Positions 46,130 through 55,329 of a stretch of 64,000 nt of DNA are shown piece by piece. The stretch comes from Dendrobates tinctorius. Taxonomy: Eukaryota. The stretch's first letter is position 1. Each line of letters starts with the position of its first letter. Made by a program: the position numbers and the translations under genes. Below the pieces are notes generated by a model. That model saw only the letters and a program-made list of their open reading frames with translations. It did not search any database and was not told the origin of the DNA. The stretch spans positions 1,488,001 through 1,552,000 of the forward strand of contig NW_027361813.1 in NCBI RefSeq assembly GCF_039654945.1, written 5' to 3'.

Positions 46130-48760
46130 GGTCCTAACAGGGGTTAAGCAGAAGTAAACTAAAATGGGAGTTTTGGGGGGAGTTAGGATCTAAAATGGTG
46201 GAATAAGGGAAGGTAGAAGGGGTTTCGGTTCAAATTATGGCGGGAGTTAGTAAAAGGCGGTGGGAATGGGGCCGTTTGGTTAAGGGGACTAGGTATATAA
46301 GGGGGTATTGGAAAGGGCATGGACAGTCTATTACATCCGAGTCAGGGACACAATACCATGATGGAGGCTCTATTCCGGGACTTTACGAAGCTGGCAGCAA
46401 CAAAGAGCACAGCGTGGCTGCAGGAGCATTTGCGGCTGTTGAGTGGCAGCAGCAACGGGTTAGCTGGAGACCCAATGACCCCAAAATGCCCTAGGAGGTT
46501 GCGGCCTCCTGAGAGAGTGAGTCCTGAACTGCCGTCCAGGGCACGGAGGAAGACGGGGAGCCCATCCAGAGACAACCCGAGTCGAGATGCGAGCAGTCGG
46601 GAGACGTAGGAGGCCTTACATCAGTGCCGGAAGTCTGCTACGATCGCGAGCATGCATAAGGGCTGGGAGGTAACGTCACCTTCCGACGTGGAGGCGCCGG
46701 CGTCAGAGAGACTAGGTATAAAGACTTGGCACACACAATCTGTGTTTTCCAGTGAAAGTCTTTAATATACAGTACATACAGTAGACGTTTCGGTCACATT
46801 GACCTTCATCAAAGTCCTATGTGTTGTACTGTTGTTTACACAATATCAAAGAGCCAAGAAGTCTAAGATCCCCCCGGGGATAGGGACATAAAGCACAGTT
46901 GTGCTAGATCAGTCCGGTGAGCGTGCAGCGTGTGGGGCAATGACACGGCATCCACCGCGAGACAGTAGCCTAAGGCTTATGTCCCTACCCCCGGGGATCT
47001 GAGACTTCTTGGCTCTTTGATAGAGTATTGTGTACAACACATAGGAGTTTGACGAAGGTCAATGTGACCGCAACGTCTATACTGTATATTAAAGACTGTC
47101 TTTCAGTGGAAATCACAGATTGTGTGTGCCAAGTCTTTATATGACTACGGATTAGGATCCTGCTTGCTGCACCACCGCTCTGTAGCTGTGCTAATGGCTT
47201 TGATTACATACAGAGAGACTAGGTCAAGGGGCGCCTTGGGGAGGAACAGGGAAGTGGCTGGACTATCCGGGTAGCGAGGACCTGACCGGGCAGTCCAGCG
47301 TTCTGCCTCCTTGGGAGGACGGAGCGCGGGGACTGGCTGTGGGATTGGAGCAAAGACCGATAGGGCGCCTGCTGCACCATGCAGGACCCACAAAAGAAGA
47401 AGAAGCAGACGAGCTGTAGGTCCAAGGGACGGCGGATCGGAAGGGGATGAAGGTGTTTGGAGGATTGCGGGCTGCAGGCGTGCAGCTGAAGTGCCTTCCA
47501 CTACCGCAGACACTATGGACATTTGCAGCACTGATGCAACAAGGGCTGAGGGGTCTTTAGTTGCTGGGACATCGCCGGTGGAGTCTGAGGAGGGTCGGGC
47601 ATCTACAGGAGAAGAATCAGAGGAGGACCAGCGGGACTCGAAATCCAAAGTCACCCCAGTAAGCATTGTGATCACTGTAATGCAGCGAGTGGTTGTGATG
47701 TGGGTGGTGTGCGGCAGGTTGTGTCTGAGGGGTTGGCAGGTAGCGAGGTGTCGCAGTTGGGTATGAATTGATGGGCGTGGCTAGGTCTTCCCCAGCTGCG
47801 GTGTGGCAAGGGGGTGGGGCGCACATGGCGCAAACGGCTGAGGTGGATTCAGCCTCGGTAGGGGTCACAAGTGATACTCAGGGTGGGGCCCCCGAGTCGG
47901 AGAGCAGGCAGTATTGACCGAGTGAGACTGGATGATAAGGCTCGTGGGGAAGTATATGTGTGTTTTGATGGGCCGCTGGGTGCGCGTTTAAAACCAGAGG
48001 TGAAAGAGAACATATGGAGGGATGAATATGTGCCATCGGACAGGGTGAAGTTGATGGAGAGTAGAAAAGGAAGAGGAAAGGCATTAGGAATCGGTTGATT
48101 CCCCGAACTTTTGCCAACTGGCTGCAGGCATTCTCTATATTGGCTAGTGTGGTGGGGGAGAAGGCCCTGGAAAAGTTCTTCTCTTTTTTGCTATCTGGAT
48201 AGCATCAAGGAGGCATGTTGTACGTATGGCGGGACTGGTTAGTTGCGGTATGACGAACAGTTTAGGCAAAGGAAGGTGGTTTGTCCCAGTTTGCAGTGGG
48301 ATAACAAGGACATAAGTTTGAGGATGTGTTTAATGTCTGCACCAAGAGCGTCATCGTCTTACTTTCTTGGGGCCACCAGGGTACCCGCTAGTTCAGGGGC
48401 ACCACCGGCAGGAGCAAAGAAGGGTTTGTGTTGGCGCTTTAATGAGAAGGAATGTATCTTTATGTCCTGTAAACACAAATGTTCCGGTTGCGGGGGACAC
48501 CACAGCTTCACAAAGTGTTAAGAGAGGAAAGGGAAAGCTTGGAGAAGCTGCAGGTAAGAGGGACGACTCTGGTGAGGGTAGAGCGGATGGAGCAGTATTT
48601 AGATCATTTCCCCGATAGAGACGCAGCATGTTTGATGAAGGAGGGTTTTCATTTTGGTTTCAAGATCCCTTCAGGTGTGAAGGAAGGATCCGTTTTGGTT
48701 CAGAATTTGAGGTCTGATATGGATCAACCGGAGTTAGTTGGTCAAAAATTGAGTAAAAGG
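46130..48760 (+). mobile_element. Degenerate DIRS/Ngaro-like retroelement: gag-like ORF and start of the RT ORF
   Basis: RLIPRTFANWLQAFSILA, YDEQFRQRK..LQWD and CWRFNEKEC..CKHKCSGCGGHH..KC, then VRVERME..L..GFHFGFKIP. Family recalled from these motifs; no recombinase seen. Confidence 0.7.
46718..47210. mobile_element. Penelope-like palindromic insert with two hammerhead-like cores, 14-bp TSD
   Basis: CAGAGAGACTAGGT at 46704-46717 and 47211-47224. Inverted arms at ~46717-46890 and ~46979-47141. TTGATGAAGGTCAATGTGACCGAAACGTC on the minus strand at 46812-46784, with a variant on the plus strand at 47049-47077. Confidence 0.7.
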
Positions 48761-49389
48761 ACTAAGAAGATGGCCACCATTGAGATGGGACGCGCGCTGT
48801 GAAGTTCCTGCCTCTTCTACAATATCTGGCACCGTCAAGCCTACATCAGCCTGTGCGAGTGCAGCGGGGGGAACCTGTGGGACACCTTGAGACGGTCATT
48901 GCCTGGCTTGTCTGCTCCTGGAACCCCGCACGAACGAGGTTGGGCCTACTCAGACGCCCTGTGATCTGCCTGGCATGTACCCGAGACTTCCCCCACACCC
49001 AGCGCTGAGGGACTCTCCTGTTGGAGGTTGCGCTCCGGTGCCTGCTCTGAGTGGCTCTGGACTTGTGGGAGGCGGAATGGAGGTGCTGTTCCCGGGGATT
49101 GCCTCCGTGTCTGCAGGCTCCGTCCCCGGCCTGTGTCCCTGCCGCAGCCCCCATCCATACGCCCGGAGGTGCAGGTCCCGCAGCTGCCTGGCTGTTGAAG
49201 AAGGAATTCCCCTGCGCTCACGTCTGTCAGTTGCTGCTGGACTGTAGGCGGCGAAGCCTTAGGATTTCCCTGGGGAAACCCGCCCTGTTTTTCTCTGGAG
49301 CCGAGGTTGGAGCGTAGGAGCTGCCTGAGGAAATGAAGGAGCAGTACTATTACGGCACGGAGAGGCGAGGGTAGAAGCCTGGTGAAGAG

Positions 49390-49602
49390 AGGGAGGGGAA
49401 GAGGAGGGGGCAGCTCGGTAGTAGGGGGGGGGGGCGGCTCGGTGGGAGGGGGGCGCGGCTCAGTAGGAGGGGGCAGCTCGGTAGGAGGAGGAGGAGAGGG
49501 CGCAGCTCGGTAGGAGGAGGAGAGGGCGCAGCTCGGTTGGAGGAGGAGAGGGCGCAGCTCGGTAGGAGGAGGAGGAGAGGGCGCAGCTCGGTAGGAGGAG
49601 GG
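49390..49602. repeat. Short purine-rich minisatellite (GGAGAGGGCGCAGCTCGGTA(GGA)n)
   Basis: About 7 variable copies. Confidence 0.85.
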
Positions 49603-49993
49603 CACGGCTTGGCACACTGCAGAGGATCATTATAATAAACTCCCTCTTTCCAGGGGTTGCGCACAAATCGCTCTCGTCATGTGAAAAGGAAGTATGACAG
49701 CAGCTCCGTAGAGCAACATGGACCCACTGGCCTGGTCTTGGCAAAAGGAGACCCTCTTGGTGAATGTAACTTTGGGATCTACCCTTTTTCTGGTGTTCGA
49801 GGCCCTCGGGATTTTAAGTTTCATGCGACTCCTATGACTCCTTTCAACAGAACTTTGAATGCGGTGCAGGACACCCAAAAATTAAATATTTTCCATTTTT
49901 TTAAGGTTTTTGTGCATTTAGCATGACAATATTGTGATAAAATCTAAAAATAGGTGAATTTATTTTCTCATACAAAAACATACAGTTGTGGAC

Positions 49994-50145
49994 TAGTGAT
50001 GAGCGGGCGTGCTGAGTGTTATCTGAGCATGCTCGGGTGTGATCTGAGTATACTAGGGGCTTGGATTCCCTTACAGCAGCGAATCATGCAGATCACTTGG
50101 GAATGCTCAGATATCGCTGTATCCCAGCACGCGCGCTCATCACTA
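49994..50145. mobile_element. Small hAT-type MITE in the probable HYLS1 3'UTR
   Basis: TIRs TAGTGATGAGCG/CGCTCATCACTA. The flanks TTGTGGAC and TTGCTGAC resemble a decayed 8-bp TSD. Confidence 0.7.
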
Positions 50146-50171
50146 TTGCTGACAGCAGAATACAGCGCTAC

Positions 50172-50317
50172 CCCAGACATCACACGGGTGTAAGGGGCCG
50201 CCCCGGAGGACATCACACGGGTGTAAGGGGCCGCCCCGGAGGACACCACACGGGTGTAAGGGGCCGCCCCGGAGGACACCACACGGGTGTAAGGGGCCGC
50301 CCCGGAGGACACCACAC
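50172..50317. repeat. 33-bp minisatellite just downstream of the HYLS1 stop
   Basis: Four copies of CACACGGGTGTAAGGGGCCGCCCCGGAGGACA(C/T). Confidence 0.93.
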
Positions 50318-50338
50318 ATGCCTGCAGTCTGCGGTCAC

Positions 50339-51199
50339 CTAGGAGGAGTCTCCTCGTGGCATTTTGCCATGCACAAGGGCATGTCGGATGGCCCATCGTA
50401 GCCGGAACCTCTTCTTCTCTGTGGGGATTACATATGAGTTGGGCAATGGCAGAGCTCGGGGGAGAAGCAGAGGTGGTGCTGACAGCATCCTCTCGCGGAC
50501 CCCCCAGCAGAGCTCCTTCTTACTCCTTTCCACAGACCCCTGCAGGGCGTCCCAGCTTTGCTTGTACTCTTGGTAGCGTCCTACGGGATCGGAGCGCTGC
50601 CTGTACTGCTCCAGCAGGGAATACGGCGGGATACGGATGAAGGATTTCTTGGCTTGTGACTCGGTACACGGGACTCTGGAATCGTGTAGCTCGGACTCGG
50701 CAGAAAGCATGGACTCGTCACACACCTGCACCTGGCCGTCACTGCTCCTGCGCAGCACCTTGCGAGTTAGAGCTGGTGGCCTTGGTTTTCCGAGCACTTG
50801 AGCCCCCGCTCTGACTGTGTGCTTGGTGTAGGGGTCCAGGGCTCCCCTGTGCGCCGGGGCGTTAATCACACACTGCTGACTAGAAGCCGAATGCTTGTCC
50901 CAGTCACTCACAGACGTTCCGCCATTCTCCTTCCCAACATCGGTGGGGTCTTCAAAGGGTCCCAAGGAGTCTTCCAGTGCGGCTCGGCTGCGCATCAGGC
51001 ACTCCAGGTCTTCTTTGAATTGTAGAAGCCTTTGCTGGGGAACAGAGGTGAATCCCAATAGAGAGAGCTCAGAGCGCAGCTCCTCCTCCGAGACCGTCAG
51101 TGGAGCGCTACGGAGGGAGCTGTCCGAGGAAAGCTCATGGAAACTGTGGGGGTCTGCGCTTCTGCTGGACAGCGACCCGTCGCTGCTCAACACTGACAT
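50339..51199 (-). CDS. HYLS1: Centriolar/ciliogenesis protein HYLS1 (hydrolethalus syndrome 1), single coding exon, 286 aa
   Basis: RKVLRR..DG..QVCDES, KSFI, SDPVGRYQEYKQSWD, KELCWGVRERML and PNSYVIPTEKKRFRLRWAIR match the HYLS1 C-terminal box as recalled. Acceptor TTCTTCTCTACTCTCTAG| with exon starting at 51219; Kozak-like AAGATG; minus-strand AATAAA at 49964-49959. Confidence 0.92.
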   Translation of the reverse strand: MSVLSSDGSLSSRSADPHSFHELSSDSSLRSAPLTVSEEELRSELSLLGFTSVPQQRLLQFKEDLECLMRSRAALEDSLGPFEDPTDVGKENGGTSVSDWDKHSASSQQCVINAPAHRGALDPYTKHTVRAGAQVLGKPRPPALTRKVLRRSSDGQVQVCDESMLSAESELHDSRVPCTESQAKKSFIRIPPYSLLEQYRQRSDPVGRYQEYKQSWDALQGSVERSKKELCWGVRERMLSAPPLLLPRALPLPNSYVIPTEKKRFRLRWAIRHALVHGKMPRGDSS

Positions 51200-51329
51200 C
51201 TTCTACTGAAGAGATGACCCTAGAGAGTAGAGAAGAACGGCGATCAAAGATGAGCGAGACGGCCGCCTGCCCCATGGAGTGCTCACATGTGCAATCATAT
51301 GGTCAAAGAGGAGGAGCCATAAAAAAGGG

Positions 51330-52484
51330 GACATTCACAGGGAGGAGCTACAGGAGAGGGAGACCGCCACAGGGAGGAGCGACGGGAGAGGGAGACCGCC
51401 ACAGGGAGGAGCGACGGGAGAGGGAGACCGCCACAGGGAGGAGCGACGGGAGAGGGAGACCGCCACAGGGAGGAGTTATCAGAGGAGAGGGAGACCGCCA
51501 TAGGGAGGAGCCACGGGAGAGGGAGACCGACACAGGGAGGAGCCACGGGAGAGGGAGACCGACACAGGGAGGAGCCACGGGAGAGGGAGACCGACACAGG
51601 GAGGAGCCACGGGAGAGGGAGACCGACACAGGGAGGAGCCACGGGAGAGGGAGACCGCCACAGGGAGGAGCCACGGGAGAGGGAGACCGACACAGGGAGG
51701 AGCCACGGGAGAGGGAGACCGCCACAGGGAGGAGCCACGGGAGAGGGAGACCGCCACAGGGAGGAGCCACGGGAGAGGAGACCGCCACAGGGAGGAGCGA
51801 CGGGAGAGGGAGACCGCCACAGGGAGGAGCGACGGGAGAGGGAGACCGCCACAGGGAGGAGCCACGGGAGAGGGAGACCGCCACAGGGAGGAGCCACGGG
51901 AGAGGGAGACCGCCACAGGGAGGAGCCACGGGAGAGGGAGACCGCCACAGGGAGGAGCCACGGGAGAGGGAGACCGACACAGGGAGGAGCCACGGGAGAG
52001 GGAGACCGACACAGGGAGGAGCCACGGGAGAGGGAGACCGCCACAGGGAGGAGCCCGCCACAGGGAGGAGCCACGGGAGAGGGAGACCGCCACAGGGAGG
52101 AGCCACGGGAGAGGGAGACCGCCACAGGGAGGAGCCACGGGAGAGGGAGACCGCCACAGGGAGGAGCCACGGGAGAGGGAGACCGACACAGGGAGGAGCC
52201 ACGGGAGAGGGAGACCGCCACAGGGAGGAGCGACGGGAGAGGGAGACCGCCACAGGGAGGAGCCACGGGAGAGGGAGACCGACACAGGGAGGAGCCACGG
52301 GAGAGGGAGACCGACACAGGGAGGAGCCACGGGAGAGGGAGACCGCCACAGGGAGGAGCCACGGGAGAGGGAGACCGCCACAGGGAGGAGCCACGGGAGA
52401 GGGAGACCGCCACAGGGAGGAGCCACGGGAGAGGGAGACCGCCACAGGGAGGAGCGATGGGAGAGGGACGGGAGAGGGAGACCG
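51330..52484. repeat. 32-bp minisatellite (CACAGGGAGGAGCCACGGGAGAGGGAGACCGC)n filling HYLS1 intron 1
   Basis: About 36 copies between the minus-strand donors (52513/52559) and the acceptor (51220). Confidence 0.97.
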
Positions 52485-52513
52485 CACTCCGGCTCCTCCT
52501 CCTCTGCACTCAC

Positions 52514-52810
52514 TCCGCGCGGTATCTGCATTATCACCTTACTAGCGGGGAGGACTCACGGACGGGCGGCCCCGGTGATCTCCGCTCTTCCTGCTCTCGC
52601 TGCCGCTCCGTCCGGCGCTCCTGGAGTAACGGCCGCTCTCAGCCCGCCTGCTGACGTCACGGGGCAGCGCCCTCAATACTGCCGTCTCTTGGCAACCATC
52701 TGACGTCATTATCAGGGGCCGGAAGATCCTCGAGGAGCACGTGCCGAGCAGTGTGACGTGTACGGCGGCCGGAGCGAGGTACGTCACGTGATCAGTGTGC
52801 GGAGAGGTGA
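52514..52810. promoter_or_regulatory. CpG-rich promoter of HYLS1 with non-coding first exon; probably bidirectional
   Basis: CRE TGACGTCA at 52652-52659 and 52701-52708, X-box-like GTCTCTTGGCAAC at 52684-52696, CCGGAAG at ~52719, TCACGTGA at 52784-52791. Minus-strand donors GTGAGT at 52513 and 52559; plus-strand donors GAG|GTACGT at 52779 and GAG|GTGAGG at 52807. Confidence 0.78.
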
Positions 52811-52812
52811 GG

Positions 52813-55329
52813 ACCCCCGTGTATACAGCGCGGAGAGGGGTCGGGACGCCCCGTGTATACAGCGCGGAGAGGGGTCGGGACGCCCCGTGTAGACAGCGCG
52901 GAGAGGGGTCGGGACGCCCCGTGTAGACAGCGCGGAGAGGGGTCGGGACGCCCCGTGTAGACAGCGCGGAGAGGGGTCGGGACGCCCCGTGTAGACAGCG
53001 CGGAGAGGGGTCGGGACGCCCCGTGTATACAGCGCGGAGAGGGGTCGGGACGCCCCGTGTAGACAGCGCGGAGAGGGGTCGGGACGCCCCGTGTAGACAG
53101 CGCGGAGAGGGGTCGGGACGCCCCGTGTAGACAGCGCGGAGAGGGGTCGGGACGCCCCGTGTAGACAGCGCGGAGAGGGGTCGGGACGCCCCGTGTATAC
53201 AGCGCGGAGAGGGGTCGGGACGCCCCGTGTAGACAGCGCGGAGAGGGGTCGGGACGCCCCGTGTATACAGCGCGGAGAGGGGTCGGGACGCCCCGTGTAT
53301 ACAGCGCGGAGAGGGGTCGGGACGCCCCGTGTAGACAGCGCGGAGAGGGGTCGGGACGCCCCGTGTAGACAGCGCGGAGAGGGGTCGGGACGCCCCGTGT
53401 AGACAGCGCGGAGAGGGGTCGGGACGCCCCGTGTAGACAGCGCGGAGAGGGGTCGGGACGCCCCGTGTAGACAGCGCGGAGAGGGGTCGGGACGCCCCGT
53501 GTAGACAGCGCGGAGAGGGGTCGGGACGCCCCGTGTAGACAGCGCGGAGAGGGGTCGGGACGCCCCGTGTAGACAGCGCGGAGAGGGGTCGGGACGCCCC
53601 GTGTAGACAGCGCGGAGAGGGGTCGGGACGCCCCGTGTAGACAGCGCGGAGAGGGGTCGGGACGCCCCGTGTAGACAGCGCGGAGAGGGGTCGGGACGCC
53701 CCGTGTAGACAGCGCGGAGAGGGGTCGGGACGCCCCGTGTAGACAGCGCGGAGAGGGGTCGGGACGCCCCGTGTAGACAGCGCGGAGAGGGGTCGGGACG
53801 CCCCGTGTAGACAGCGCGGAGAGGGGTCGGGACGCCCCGTGTAGACAGCGCGGAGAGGGGTCGGGACGCCCCGTGTAGACAGCGCGGAGAGGGGTCGGGA
53901 CGCCCCGTGTAGACAGCGCGGAGAGGGGTCGGGACGCCCCGTGTAGACAGCGCGGAGAGGGGTCGGGACGCCCCGTGTAGACAGCGCGGAGAGGGGTCGG
54001 GACGCCCCGTGTAGACAGCGCGGAGAGGGGTCGGGACGCCCCGTGTAGACAGCGCGGAGAGGGGTCGGGACGCCCCGTGTATACAGCGCGGAGAGGGGTC
54101 GGGACGCCCCGTGTATACAGCGCGGAGAGGGGTCGGGACGCCCCGTGTATACAGCGCGGAGAGGGGTCGGGACGCCCCGTGTAGACAGCGCGGAGAGGGG
54201 TCGGGACGCCCCGTGTAGACAGCGCGGAGAGGGGTCGGGACGCCCCGTGTAGACAGCGCGGAGAGGGGTCGGGACGCCCCGTGTAGACAGCGCGGAGAGG
54301 GGTCGGGACGCCCCGTGTAGACAGCGCGGAGAGGGGTCGGGACGCCCCGTGTAGACAGCGCGGAGAGGGGTCGGGACGCCCCGTGTAGACAGCGCGGAGA
54401 GGGGTCGGGACGCCCCGTGTAGACAGCGCGGAGAGGGGTCGGGACGCCCCGTGTATACAGCGCGGAGAGGGGTCGGGACGCCCCGTGTAGACAGCGCGGA
54501 GAGGGGTCGGGACGCCCCGTGTAGACAGCGCGGAGAGGGGTCGGGACGCCCCGTGTAGACAGCGCGGAGAGGGGTCGGGACGCCCCGTGTAGACAGCGCG
54601 GAGAGGGGTCGGGACGCCCCGTGTAGACAGCGCGGAGAGGGGTCGGGACGCCCCGTGTAGACAGCGCGGAGAGGGGTCGGGACGCCCCGTGTAGACAGCG
54701 CGGAGAGGGGTCGGGACGCCCCGTGTAGACAGCGCGGAGAGGGGTCGGGACGCCCCGTGTAGACAGCGCGGAGAGGGGTCGGGACGCCCCGTGTAGACAG
54801 CGCGGAGAGGGGTCGGGACGCCCCGTGTAGACAGCGCGGAGAGGGGTCGGGACGCCCCGTGTAGACAGCGCGGAGAGGGGTCGGGACGCCCCGTGTAGAC
54901 AGCGCGGAGAGGGGTCGGGACGCCCCGAGTAGACAGCGCGGAGAGGGGTCGGGACGCCCCGTGTAGACAGCGCGGAGAGGGGTCGGGACGCCCCGTGTAG
55001 ACAGCGCGGAGAGGGGTCGGGACGCCCCGTGTAGACAGCGCGGAGAGGGGTCGGGACGCCCCGTGTAGACAGCGCGGAGAGGGGTCGGGACGCCCCGTGT
55101 AGACAGCGCGGAGAGGGGTCGGGACGCCCCGTGTAGACAGCGCGGAGAGGGGTCGGGACGCCCCGTGTAGACAGCGCGGAGAGGGGTCGGGACGCCCCGT
55201 GTAGACAGCGCGGAGAGGGGTCGGGACGCCCCGTGTAGACAGCGCGGAGAGGGGTCGGGACGCCCCGTGTAGACAGCGCGGAGAGGGGTCGGGACGCCCC
55301 GTGTAGACAGCGCGGAGAGGGGTCGGGAC
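52813..55329. repeat. Highly homogeneous 34-bp minisatellite (GTGTAGACAGCGCGGAGAGGGGTCGGGACGCCCC)n
   Basis: About 74 copies, with essentially one recurrent variant (TAGAC/TATAC). Cut off by a hAT insertion. Confidence 0.98.

Noticed and set aside
48760-49390. CpG-containing segment starting AAGATGGCC, a possible L1-type 5'UTR or exon
   Set aside because: No recognisable ORF, TSD or consistent splice pattern; not enough support to call.
51100-52545. 481-aa Arg/Gly/Glu-rich ORF antisense to HYLS1
   Set aside because: Almost wholly the 32-bp repeat; it lies in the HYLS1 intron.
9520-55329. Rule that promoter-flanking arrays are always G-rich on the transcribed sense strand
   Set aside because: It holds for three arrays, but the HYLS1 intron array is C/T-rich on its sense strand, so it is not claimed as a rule.
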